Positions 47,152-56,486 of a stretch of 61,244 nucleotides of DNA are shown in pieces. Below the pieces are notes generated by a model. That model was not told the DNA's origin. It made no database searches and saw nothing but the letters and a program-made list of their open reading frames with translations. Numbering within the stretch: position 1 is the first letter of the stretch; every line of letters starts with the position of its first letter. Source of the DNA: a virus (Duplodnaviria > Caudoviricetes). The stretch spans positions 1-61,244 of the IMG/VR virus record IMGVR_UViG_3300034170_000071. One strand, given 5' to 3'. The position numbers and the translations under genes were made by a program.

Positions 47152-47450
47152 GCGGCCACCTTACGGCGCTTCGCTTTAGGCACCGTAATGTAGGAATGTT
47201 CCCAATAGCCGGTGATCATTACATGGCCTTCGGGAACTTTGTCACAGGGCGCCACGTAAATATTTGCGTTCTCGCCCTGAAAGCTGGAGACATATTCGTA
47301 ATACGGCGTCTGGTCACGCGGTACGTTCGGGCGGCATTTGTCGATAACGGAAGTAACATCCAAATCGACCTGACCGTCCGTTGTTACCCACGAAACATCA
47401 CCGATGGAAAGCGCCCGTTTTGTTTTATCGCAAACGAGGTAAAGTTTCAC
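47148..47450 (-). CDS. hypothetical protein
   Basis: GTGA-coupled; IYVAPCDKVPEGHVMITG. Confidence 0.7.
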   Translation of the reverse strand: MKLYLVCDKTKRALSIGDVSWVTTDGQVDLDVTSVIDKCRPNVPRDQTPYYEYVSSFQGENANIYVAPCDKVPEGHVMITGYWEHSYITVPKAKRRKVAA

Positions 47451-47779
47451 TGGAATTTCTCCAAGATTGTGAGCGCTTGGCGATTCACGGTGGTGATCAG
47501 CCGGATAGGTGCGCCCGTCTTGAACGAAATGCTCGGGTTGAAAACCGGAATGCCTTTGTAGAAACCGACGTGGCCCTCTTCCCGCGATTCAGCTTCGAAG
47601 TAAACATGCTGCTGCATTTCTTTGAACAGCGGAGAGATACGGCAAATCACGATTGCTTTCACAACCTGATCCGGCTTGTCCAATTGCTCCGCAGTGGGCA
47701 GCGCGTAGGCTTGCGTCCAACCGTTGGTGTGTTCGTAGATACGGTCGGAAATGTGGCACGGCATCGCGTAATTTTTCAT
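47447..47779 (-). CDS. hypothetical protein, capsid-fragment-like
   Basis: GGAG RBS before ATG 47779; EGHVGFYKGIPVF matches 48046 NGHIGWYKGIPVY. Confidence 0.65.
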   Translation of the reverse strand: MKNYAMPCHISDRIYEHTNGWTQAYALPTAEQLDKPDQVVKAIVICRISPLFKEMQQHVYFEAESREEGHVGFYKGIPVFNPSISFKTGAPIRLITTVNRQALTILEKFQ

Positions 47780-47781
47780 GT

Positions 47782-48042
47782 TTACTCCAGTATGACAGCA
47801 CGGTCGTTTCGTTGGATTATTTTCGTTACTTTGCAACCGGTAACAATCTTGGTGCTTCCAAGGTGGAATACCGGCTGCTTTAACAAGTTCTTTTTCTGCA
47901 ACAACTGAAAGCAGCCCTTGGGCCACACGTTGAGGCTCAACAGGATTTCTTCATCGGCTGCCGAAAGCTGTACTTCTTGCGGGCAGAAAATATAATGCAT
48001 GAGAAATTCTTTGCGGCGCTTTGCAAACTGTTCGGCAGTCAT
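47782..48042 (-). CDS. hypothetical protein
   Basis: AAGGA RBS; tiles the operon. Confidence 0.65.
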   Translation of the reverse strand: MTAEQFAKRRKEFLMHYIFCPQEVQLSAADEEILLSLNVWPKGCFQLLQKKNLLKQPVFHLGSTKIVTGCKVTKIIQRNDRAVILE

Positions 48043-48045
48043 TGA

Positions 48046-48750
48046 TTAATCCTTTCGCGGTTGACCCATATGCCATTGATAGTGGACTTCGATCAAATCT
48101 TCGTCGTTGATCATACGGCGGTGCATGTACGAATCCGTATAAACCGGAATGCCTTTGTACCAGCCAATGTGGCCGTTGAATTGCTGTTCGATAGTCGAGC
48201 TATCACCACGGCGCAATTCCCAATCTACGGCGGAAACAACATTGTAAAAATCCGGAAGAAACCGCTGTGGAATCAGAATGTGTTCCGGACGGGAAGTGGA
48301 GCCGCTGAACAGGCTGTCGTCAAACACTTCGCTCTTTTGAGGCACGCAGTATTTAGCGCTGTCTTTTTTCGCCGTGTAATAGGGCGTGCGGGTGTATTCC
48401 AAATCACGGCTGAACTTGCCACCCCACTGGCCGAAAATGATCGGTGCGCCACGCACATAAGAAAACTCTGGAATGGCGTAAACGTCCGAAAAGATTTCAA
48501 CGGAATTTGCTGTACCGATGAAACCACCGGCCACGTTATCCGCAGTCATGGGCGCCAGTTGGATCATGTTCGTTTCGCTCTCCCACTTAATCAGCAAATC
48601 CATGTAAGGCGATGGCAGCAGAACATAGGTGGCGTTTGCTGTCATGTCGAGGAACAGCGCCAGCGATTCTTGGTTGTCTTTTGCGAAGAACGTCTGCCCA
48701 TCGCGGGGCAAGTCCAAGTAGTTGAATTGGTCTTCTATTGACTTATTCAC
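48046..48750 (-). CDS. protein with two tandem capsid-fragment-like repeats
   Basis: GGFIGTANSVEIFSDVY and NGHIGWYKGIPVYTDSY, each preceded by a [YH]hLhP strand. Confidence 0.65.
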   Translation of the reverse strand: MNKSIEDQFNYLDLPRDGQTFFAKDNQESLALFLDMTANATYVLLPSPYMDLLIKWESETNMIQLAPMTADNVAGGFIGTANSVEIFSDVYAIPEFSYVRGAPIIFGQWGGKFSRDLEYTRTPYYTAKKDSAKYCVPQKSEVFDDSLFSGSTSRPEHILIPQRFLPDFYNVVSAVDWELRRGDSSTIEQQFNGHIGWYKGIPVYTDSYMHRRMINDEDLIEVHYQWHMGQPRKD

Positions 48751-48762
48751 AGTTTTTAATTC

Positions 48763-49200
48763 CTACAGAAAATAATCGGAAAGGCGAGCCTGTGACTGGC
48801 GCATTTCCACCTTGTGTGGCGTTGGATCGTTCCAGCAGGTTGTGAGAAATACATCCCACATTTTCATCATCGTATCGACCATGGGTTGCGGACTGCCGCG
48901 ATCCACATAACGCTTGTGGTAATCGCTGCACAAGTCTGCACTCGGGTAGAACAGTGCGTAGGGGATTTGCAGGTTCCACAATTCCGTGCGCAGGTTCAAC
49001 CACGTCGGCAACAGCACCGTAACACCCGGAATTTTCAGGGCTGATTTGATGCGCACGATGTATGCAGGAATATCGTTTTTGAGGTCTGGAAAATCCAGAT
49101 CAATAAACGAAAGGTTTTGCTGCGTCAGCCGAGATTTGCCAATGCCGGGAAACCCGCAGATAACCCGCACACCTTGGGGCAGTTGGTAGTTACCAGACAT
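48763..49200 (-). CDS. small P-loop NTPase/kinase
   Basis: VICGFPGIGKS Walker A; IDLD; Y.KRY..RG. Confidence 0.8.
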   Translation of the reverse strand: MSGNYQLPQGVRVICGFPGIGKSRLTQQNLSFIDLDFPDLKNDIPAYIVRIKSALKIPGVTVLLPTWLNLRTELWNLQIPYALFYPSADLCSDYHKRYVDRGSPQPMVDTMMKMWDVFLTTCWNDPTPHKVEMRQSQARLSDYFL

Positions 49201-49712
49201 TAGTCGGCTCCAAAAAATACAGGTTCTGTTTCTACGCCCTTTGGAGCCAACGGAATCTCTTCGTCGTCGGCCAGTTCACGCACGCGCAGTTCCATGGAAT
49301 ACCAAACCGTCATGTAATGTTCACTGTCTTTGTATTCGTCACCATCGCGCACGTGCCGGTGGGCGTCGTCTTGAACCTCTTCCCAATAATAAAACCAGCG
49401 CCCGGTTTTACCTGCAAACATATCGTCGATGATTTGGGCCAACGCTCGCTGTGCGTGGAACGCTTTCACGTTACGATTGGTCAGCAGCTTTTTATCGAAG
49501 TTCACATACGTCGAAAACTCCGGAATTTGATTGTCGTAAAGCTCAACCAGCCAGCCCATTTGTTCGAGCATTTCCGACCATGCCCAAATGTCGTTGGTGA
49601 ACTCGCCACAATCACCACGGGCCTTCCAACGCTTTTTAAAATCCGCGTTGAACTCGGCTTTAGCACGCTGCGCCAGTTCTTCCGCGCTCGGAAAATCAGA
49701 AACGCTTGGCAT
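49200..49712 (-). CDS. hypothetical protein
   Basis: ATG 49712 (MPSVSDF) immediately after the thyA stop. Confidence 0.7.
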   Translation of the reverse strand: MPSVSDFPSAEELAQRAKAEFNADFKKRWKARGDCGEFTNDIWAWSEMLEQMGWLVELYDNQIPEFSTYVNFDKKLLTNRNVKAFHAQRALAQIIDDMFAGKTGRWFYYWEEVQDDAHRHVRDGDEYKDSEHYMTVWYSMELRVRELADDEEIPLAPKGVETEPVFFGAD

Positions 49713-49713
49713 G

Positions 49714-51117
49714 TTAATTCCCCGCAATCGGCGCTTTGATCGAATCGTAGGATTCATAACCGACCAACGAAACGTCGTCAGTGCGAATATCACGAATCGA
49801 CGTGCGCGGGATTGGGCAATCTGCAATATGCAGCTTCGGCGCCTTGTGAATAATCAGACGCTGCAATTGTTCGGCAACCTGATCGACATGGTTCGCGTAA
49901 ATGTGCGCATCGCCCACCGTCACGTGGTAATGGCGAGCGCGCAGGCCGTGGACGTTTGCCAGCATTTCGGTAAGCAACGCGTACTGCGCAACGTTAAACG
50001 GATTGCCGAGGAAAATATCGTTCGAACGCAGGTACAATTTGCAATCGAGGAAATGCTTCCCGTCCGAGTCAGTATTCGAACTGACGTACCACTGTGCCAG
50101 CGTGTGGCAAGGAGGCAACGACATTTCGTCAAGCTGTGCAACGTTCCAGCCTGTCAGGATAATGCGACGGCCAGCGGAATGCTTTGGCAACTCGCCTTTA
50201 TGGAAAAGCACTTCGTCTTTGATTGCTTTTTCGATCAATGCAATCTGATCAATTTCGCGACGAACTACAACCTGATTTGCGTCTTCGAAACCGGTGTAAA
50301 CAAAATCCCGTGAACCCCATTTTTCGTAGGCATCAACACGACCTAAAATGTCGCCTGCTGGGATAATGCGAATGTCTTCCCACGCACACCATTGCTTGCC
50401 GTAGATTTCACCAAGGTGGCCGTCGCTCAAAGCGCGTTCCGGAATGCCCCAGTTATTCAGCTTGGCTTCGATTGCAAACGTGTGGTCTTGCGTGCGCTCG
50501 CTCAACTGGAAGTCGCGGCCACCGTCTTCTGTACGCATGAAAGGAACGCCGATTTCTTCGAGAAAATCGTTCATCACTTTCTGCTGATTGCTGCCCAACA
50601 AAAGTAGGCGTTGCAGCAGGTCGAGTTCTTTCCCTTCGTAAACTTCAGTACCGGGATAAACGTTCTGATCCCAAATACCGACGCCCAAATCTTTCAGGGT
50701 TTTCAGGTCGGTTTTACCTTTGAGCATCCAGTCGATGGTTTCGATTTTCATCGTTTTGAATGCGAGACGCTTACCGGTAATGGCCGGGAAATTCTCACGC
50801 AAATCGAACTTGAAATTCACGTCACCGAAAGCAGAAATGGTTCCGGTTTTGGTACGGTCGTCGCGGCGCTCGCCATTCGCCATGATGTAACGCAACCAGT
50901 TGTTGTACTGGTGGTCGAATGGGTTGTCTTCGTAGCTGACTTGGCCGCCAACGTATACCAACTTTTTTGTAATGGTGTGGGTGATTTCAACCGGGCGCCC
51001 ATCTGCCAGCGTTGCCTCCCCGAAAGCGACGGCGTGTTCTTCGCCAACGTTCGCATACCCTTTTTGTTCGAAGTTTCCGACTGGTAGTTTGCCTAAATGC
51101 ATCGTTAACAACTCCAT
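49714..51117 (-). CDS. thyA: thymidylate synthase (ThyA type) with N-terminal extension and insertions
   Basis: DRTKTGT, FP.IT.K, IWD, LGEIYGKQW, RRII..WN, LPPCH, RSND.FLG.PFN.AQY, GDAHIY.NH. Confidence 0.95.
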   Translation of the reverse strand: MELLTMHLGKLPVGNFEQKGYANVGEEHAVAFGEATLADGRPVEITHTITKKLVYVGGQVSYEDNPFDHQYNNWLRYIMANGERRDDRTKTGTISAFGDVNFKFDLRENFPAITGKRLAFKTMKIETIDWMLKGKTDLKTLKDLGVGIWDQNVYPGTEVYEGKELDLLQRLLLLGSNQQKVMNDFLEEIGVPFMRTEDGGRDFQLSERTQDHTFAIEAKLNNWGIPERALSDGHLGEIYGKQWCAWEDIRIIPAGDILGRVDAYEKWGSRDFVYTGFEDANQVVVRREIDQIALIEKAIKDEVLFHKGELPKHSAGRRIILTGWNVAQLDEMSLPPCHTLAQWYVSSNTDSDGKHFLDCKLYLRSNDIFLGNPFNVAQYALLTEMLANVHGLRARHYHVTVGDAHIYANHVDQVAEQLQRLIIHKAPKLHIADCPIPRTSIRDIRTDDVSLVGYESYDSIKAPIAGN

Positions 51118-51145
51118 TAAGAAGGCATTAATTGCCTGTTGTGCG

Positions 51146-51176
51146 TAATTTACTCATATATGATATTTACAGTATT
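51146..51176. promoter_or_regulatory. divergent promoter pair: TAATTTA (+, toward baseplate genes) and CTGTAAAT (-, toward thyA)
   Basis: taattta at 51146-51152; atttacag at 51165-51172; in the only divergent intergenic gap of the window. Confidence 0.55.
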
Positions 51177-51203
51177 AGCACGCCATGCACGGGGGAACGC
51201 TAC

Positions 51204-51497
51204 ATGGGCCAACCGAACGTTCGTATCAATACCGACATGTCTAGCGGGCACGGGTGCTGGCCGCCCACGCTCCCTATTCAAGCGTCGATGAATGTGTTTT
51301 GCAATGGGCTGGCCGAAGTGCGTGTAGGTGACGCCTACATGGTCCACTTGTGTCCGGGCAAAGGTGCCCACCAAGGTAAGGCATTAACAGGCGCCACAAA
51401 AACGTTCACCAATGGCAAATTGGTACACACCGTGGGCGGCGCGATTGATTGCGGCGACATGGCGCAGAACGGCAGCCCTAACGTATTCTCGGGATAA
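51204..51497 (+). CDS. PAAR-like spike tip protein (T4 gp5.4-like)
   Basis: D.SSGHGCWPP, VF.NG...RVGD...H.C....H, NGK....GGAIDCG. Confidence 0.9.
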   Translation: MGQPNVRINTDMSSGHGCWPPTLPIQASMNVFCNGLAEVRVGDAYMVHLCPGKGAHQGKALTGATKTFTNGKLVHTVGGAIDCGDMAQNGSPNVFSG

Positions 51498-51500
51498 ATC

Positions 51501-51887
51501 ATGGTTGATAAAACATATCGGTATTCAGACGTAAGCCTGTACGCCGAACAGACACAAAACGCTTTGGTTTTCGACGAATATTCCGTCAACCAAAATATCC
51601 TGATGATTCTGGCAACGCCCATTCGTAGCGCATGGTTCAACCCTTCGATTGGTTGTCTCATTCCAGAATTTCTTTTTGATCCGGTGGACGAATTCACTGC
51701 GGACAAAATCAAAGACGAAATCATTAACGTGCTTCCGCGCAATATGGAAACACGTGTGGTCGTCACCGGGTGTATTGTTATTCCAATGCCAGACGACGGC
51801 ATGTTCTATGTCACCATCCAATACGATGCGCCTGACCTGAATAAAACTAAAATCGTATTCAACTTTAACTTGGGTCGGACACTATGA
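51501..51887 (+). CDS. baseplate wedge subunit (gp25-like)
   Basis: SVNQNIL.IL.TP.....FNP.IGC....LFDP, E.RV. Confidence 0.88.
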   Translation: MVDKTYRYSDVSLYAEQTQNALVFDEYSVNQNILMILATPIRSAWFNPSIGCLIPEFLFDPVDEFTADKIKDEIINVLPRNMETRVVVTGCIVIPMPDDGMFYVTIQYDAPDLNKTKIVFNFNLGRTL

Positions 51888-53344
51888 GTGATGATCGCGA
51901 CATTTTCCCTACCGCAATTGTTGACCTCGACGAAGCTGCATTATTCTTCGCGGACAAACTGAAAGAAACCGGCGTGTGGGACGACATGCTGCCAACCAAC
52001 GTTGGTGCATTTATTCAACGGATGTTTTCGGGTGCTGCTGTCGGCCACCAGCATTCGATCCACACCGCCGCACGTAACGCCTTTTTCCAAACCGCCCAGC
52101 GCGATTCCAGCATCTATGCACTGACACGCGGGCAAGGCGTATTCATGGAACGTCGGGCCGGGGCTTCCACCACTGCGCGCATGCGTAACGGCTACTCGAC
52201 CACGATGTTTATTCCGCCGTTTAGCCAGCACGTTGTGGACTCGGTTCCGTTTTATAACCCATCGCAGTATTACGTTATTTCCGGCCAAACAGCGGACGTA
52301 ATTCTGACCCAAGGCGTTATCAAAACGAAGGCGTTCGACCTCGACACAATCACCGATCTTAACCTGTACGAATTCCTTTTGGGCGAGCCGGGTTTTAACG
52401 TGAGTGCAGAACTTTACGTTACGGTCACGGATAAAAACACGGGTAACGTGCGCCAGTGGGAACAGACAAAGCGCGGCCTGTACGAATACACGGCAGACGA
52501 TTACATTTATTTCCACAGCACCACCGCAACCGGTGACGTTTCGCTGACTTTCGGTACGGGTGAATACGGCGCGAAGCTCCCGACTAAATCGACGCTGAAT
52601 ATTCGCTACGTCGTTAACGAAGGCACCAAACACAACGCGATTTTCCCCGGTGTGCGAACCACCTACATTGCGAACCCTATGATTCAGGGCGAAACGCTGG
52701 AAACCTCGGCGGGCGGTGCTGATCCGAAAGAGGCTGCTTACTACCGCACTTATTCGCCGGTTCTTTATCGTGCGAAAGACAAGTGGATTTCGGTTGAAGA
52801 AATCGCGGCAGGTATTCGCAAATATCCGGGCGTTGCTGACTGTGCGGTATTGGGTCAGCGGGATATCGCGCCAGAAGACAAAACGTGGATGAACACCGTG
52901 CGCATTTGCGTACTGCCACGCAACACGGATAACTGGGGCGGATCGAATCCAAACCCTAAATCGGCCAGCTGGCAAACCTTCGTTAAATGGTTGCAACCAA
53001 AGATCCACGGATCGCTGGAAATCCAAGCGTGGAACCCAACGCAAGTACCGGTGAAAGTGCAGGTGCAGATTGCGTTCTACAGCTGGGCTGCAACCAACGT
53101 TGATAAGCTGGTGCAAACAATTGAAGAACGGATTTACAAGCTATTCGAGAAACGCCAAGGCATTTTGAAACGTCGGATTTCCAAATCTGATATCGAAAAA
53201 GCCTGTCGAATTGACGGTGTGGATTACATCGAAATTCTCAGCCCAATTGAACGCTCTATTGTTCTGGAAGATCCTACTTCCTATTGTGTGCTGGCCGAAA
53301 AGCCTCTGATCATCCCTTCGATTTCGGAGCGCGTTGATGAATAA
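51884..53344 (+). CDS. baseplate wedge subunit (gp6-like)
   Basis: FFQTAQRDSSI, L.FG.G.YG, GGADP.E, Y..KD..IS.E, YPGV. Confidence 0.85.
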   Translation: MSDDRDIFPTAIVDLDEAALFFADKLKETGVWDDMLPTNVGAFIQRMFSGAAVGHQHSIHTAARNAFFQTAQRDSSIYALTRGQGVFMERRAGASTTARMRNGYSTTMFIPPFSQHVVDSVPFYNPSQYYVISGQTADVILTQGVIKTKAFDLDTITDLNLYEFLLGEPGFNVSAELYVTVTDKNTGNVRQWEQTKRGLYEYTADDYIYFHSTTATGDVSLTFGTGEYGAKLPTKSTLNIRYVVNEGTKHNAIFPGVRTTYIANPMIQGETLETSAGGADPKEAAYYRTYSPVLYRAKDKWISVEEIAAGIRKYPGVADCAVLGQRDIAPEDKTWMNTVRICVLPRNTDNWGGSNPNPKSASWQTFVKWLQPKIHGSLEIQAWNPTQVPVKVQVQIAFYSWAATNVDKLVQTIEERIYKLFEKRQGILKRRISKSDIEKACRIDGVDYIEILSPIERSIVLEDPTSYCVLAEKPLIIPSISERVDE

Positions 53345-56300
53345 GATTGATTTTTCCGAACTCGACGTAGAGTTCATCCGGGAACAACCATTGTGGGGCG
53401 CCTTTCTGGAGGCCCTGCAAGAATTCATGACGGTGCAGATTCGTGACCCGTTGTCGCAGGTGCATAAAATCCGTGATATCTCGGCCAAGACGCCGCTGGT
53501 ATTCGTTAAACAGGCACTGCGCGACCTCGGTATCACCCTGCCACCGGATATGATCGTGGACCCGGAACGTTTGTACAATTCGGTCTACATGATCCCATTG
53601 ATTCACCAGTTGACCGGCCTCGAATCTGCCACGCGAATGATTGCCTATATCTTGGGCCGTCGCGTGGTTTCGCGTGACCTTTACACCGAGGATTACATCG
53701 GTTTTTATGAAGAGCCATTAGGTGCGCTGCGCATTGACGGCGGCACGTGGTACAAGACAACGCATATCAATCTGGAAATGCAGAAAGTTCCCGCCGACCA
53801 GACTATCACCCTGCCCACTGGCACAACGCTGAAGGATCGCTTCCTGTCGGCGTTTTTCTCGTTGGCGCCTGTGAATCTCGTTATTGATCAATTCTTTTTC
53901 AGTATTGAAATCGAAAACAAAGACGATTTTGCGATGCAGGGCGTGGTGTACAAACAGCCGGTTCGCCGGTTGGTTTGCGATTCAGATTATTCGCTGGAAA
54001 ATGCGGTGTTTGCAATCGACGGCCCGGACCACGTGAACAGCGGGGAATCCGCAAGCTATCGGCTGATCGCCAAAGGGCAGGAATTCGAAAGCAACGATTG
54101 GACTTCTACGCATCCCGGTTTTGTTTCGGTTAAACAGGGATTTGCGACGTTCTCCGGATTCCAACAGGATACGCTGATTACTTTGCAGGCCACCATTCGC
54201 GGTCAAGTTGTCACCAAAAACGTGACGGTTAATCTTGGCATGCAAGATATTCGAATGCTGAATATCGACGGCCCGGACGAAATCCTTTCTACGCAAACCG
54301 GTGATTACCGTGTGGTCGTTTATCACGCGATGGGCAACGACGTTATTCCGGTTGACCTGAAAGTTTTGAGCCCCTACGCGTATTTCATTGGCGACACTTT
54401 GCACGGGCGCAATCTGACTGCGGATCAAGAAGTTGTAGTTAACTGCAAAGTCTCGATTAATGGCATTGCCTACAGCGCTTCGAAACACGTGAAATTGCGG
54501 TATGTTGATCCGTCCGTGCATTTGACGGGCCTCAGTATCTCGGGCTCTAGCCGTTTGAAAGAGGCGAGCGCTTCGCAGCTGTATGCAACCGCGTTTTTCT
54601 CGGATGGTTCCAGCGCCGATGTAACGTCGTATTGGAATTCGAGTTCGCCGGTTGTTGTAGTGGATAACGGATTGGCTTCGACCATGCTTGTGAGTGGCGA
54701 AACTAAGGTGGAAATCACTGCTGAATATGGTTTCCGGCAAGTGGTGTTAACCGCGCAGCACGACGCCGTGGTTTATCCTGAATTCCTACAACAGGCAGGC
54801 CTGACAATCATCGGCCCAACAATGGTTAACGAATTGGAACGGGTGCAATATACCTGTTTCGCCATTATGTCCGATGGCACTTCGACCACCGTTGTTCCTG
54901 ATTGGTTTGTTACCGATTTTTCTATCACGCCGACCGGTACGTTTACCGCTGGTTACGTGAATGATCAAATCAATATGGAAGTGCGCGCCTCCTATGGCGG
55001 AATGTCGCAAGTTCTTCAGGTCACAGTGCAGCGCCCACCGGTTACATTGCAACAGCTGCTGATCGTGGGGGCCGATACAGTCAAAGAAGGCACCGTTTAT
55101 AAATACGAGGCTTACGCGCAATATACCGATGGCCGGATTATTCCAATTGTGCCGCTTTGGACCCTCAACCCAGTTATCGAATGGGCAACCCTGATCGACG
55201 GCGAACTGTTGATTGAAGCGCCTGACGAACCGCTGATTAATATGCAGGTTTCATATGCAGAAAATGGGCGTGTTTATCAGCAGACGAAAACAATTGTCTG
55301 CCAAGGTGCAACGAACAGCATTCAAGGCCTGATGATTACCGGCCCGAACGAAGTAAATGCACTGGACCGCATTATCCTGACGGCGACCGCGATGTATGAG
55401 GATGGTTCTTTTGCAACGGTGCATCCGCAATGGGAAATCTACAGCCTCGACGTGAACGCGGATTATGTGGCGGCTGACATTGCAGGTTACGGCGTAGTGA
55501 CTGGGCGCGTAGTTGATCAAGATATGTTGGTGACTGTGCGTGCCACGTATTTTCAGGAAACTGCGGAATATTCGGTGCTGGTTAAATACGTTGCAATCAA
55601 AGGCCCCGACGTTCCAGTGAGTTCGCGTATTATCGGCAACCCTGTTATTTATTCGACGCAAATTGCCTCGTTTAGCCAAGCGATTCTGTTCAAACAGTGC
55701 CCGGCTGAATTGTTGGTATCGTCGGATTGGACTGTCGATAACACTGATGTAATTGTCGATGAAAACGGTTTCGTTACCTGCAAACTCAATCAGGATATGA
55801 CGTTCACCATTACGGCCACGTGGTCGTGCGGTGGCTATACCGTTACCGATTCGATGGCGGTGGTAGTTGTCCCGGTTGACGCTGCTTATATTGGCCTCGG
55901 TATTAGCGGCCCGGAAACAATTCAAATCGGCGTTAAAGAACGCTACGCAGCCGAAGCCTACACACCGGATACCGGTATCGTTGTTGGGCAGGGGATTGTG
56001 GTTACGCCGAAATGGACGATTTTGACCGATGCGCTGAATATTCACATGTTCGACGACGGCCAAGTAATGGTGCAGAACGCGGTGGTAAACCAGACGTTCA
56101 CAATTGGTGCTGAATTCCAATTCGAAAACACCATTGTTTCCAGTACGAAAACCGTTCGTGTATTGGGCAGCGGCCCGATCTATTGCACAGGTCAAACGGA
56201 AACCGTTGATTATTCCACACTGTTCTCCAAAAGCATCATGATTTCCGAACAGGCTTTCCGCGATGATTTCGTGGGTTACGGTTACATGCTGGTGCCCTCT

Positions 56301-56486
56301 ATATTCGGGCGTGTGCGTTTCTATGACGCAGTGACCGGTACAGAAGGTGGATGGGCAGGCCCGGACGGTTCTAATGTTCCAGCAATTCACAAAGAAACCG
56401 TGAATGACGTAGAGGTCAGCTGGTACGTTTATCGCACGATCAGCCACGACATGGGACAGAAGTCCTACAGGATCACATTCGGATGA
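53334..56486 (+). CDS. baseplate protein (gp7-like N-terminus) with about 8 Ig-like repeats
   Basis: Repeats opening IDGPD, IDGPD, ISGSS, IIGPT, IVGAD, ITGPN, IIGNP, ISGPE, most with [YF]xDG and W motifs. Confidence 0.75.
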   Translation: MMNKIDFSELDVEFIREQPLWGAFLEALQEFMTVQIRDPLSQVHKIRDISAKTPLVFVKQALRDLGITLPPDMIVDPERLYNSVYMIPLIHQLTGLESATRMIAYILGRRVVSRDLYTEDYIGFYEEPLGALRIDGGTWYKTTHINLEMQKVPADQTITLPTGTTLKDRFLSAFFSLAPVNLVIDQFFFSIEIENKDDFAMQGVVYKQPVRRLVCDSDYSLENAVFAIDGPDHVNSGESASYRLIAKGQEFESNDWTSTHPGFVSVKQGFATFSGFQQDTLITLQATIRGQVVTKNVTVNLGMQDIRMLNIDGPDEILSTQTGDYRVVVYHAMGNDVIPVDLKVLSPYAYFIGDTLHGRNLTADQEVVVNCKVSINGIAYSASKHVKLRYVDPSVHLTGLSISGSSRLKEASASQLYATAFFSDGSSADVTSYWNSSSPVVVVDNGLASTMLVSGETKVEITAEYGFRQVVLTAQHDAVVYPEFLQQAGLTIIGPTMVNELERVQYTCFAIMSDGTSTTVVPDWFVTDFSITPTGTFTAGYVNDQINMEVRASYGGMSQVLQVTVQRPPVTLQQLLIVGADTVKEGTVYKYEAYAQYTDGRIIPIVPLWTLNPVIEWATLIDGELLIEAPDEPLINMQVSYAENGRVYQQTKTIVCQGATNSIQGLMITGPNEVNALDRIILTATAMYEDGSFATVHPQWEIYSLDVNADYVAADIAGYGVVTGRVVDQDMLVTVRATYFQETAEYSVLVKYVAIKGPDVPVSSRIIGNPVIYSTQIASFSQAILFKQCPAELLVSSDWTVDNTDVIVDENGFVTCKLNQDMTFTITATWSCGGYTVTDSMAVVVVPVDAAYIGLGISGPETIQIGVKERYAAEAYTPDTGIVVGQGIVVTPKWTILTDALNIHMFDDGQVMVQNAVVNQTFTIGAEFQFENTIVSSTKTVRVLGSGPIYCTGQTETVDYSTLFSKSIMISEQAFRDDFVGYGYMLVPSIFGRVRFYDAVTGTEGGWAGPDGSNVPAIHKETVNDVEVSWYVYRTISHDMGQKSYRITFG

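Noticed and set aside
48744-48758. Minus-strand AAAAACTGTGAATA as another motif-A promoter
   Set aside because: It has a mismatch in the core and overlaps the GTG start codon, so it cannot be separated from coding constraint
49714-51117. dCMP hydroxymethylase (modified-base pathway) call for the thyA-like gene
   Set aside because: It keeps Asn in PFN (dUMP specificity) rather than Asp, and DHFR lies in the same operon
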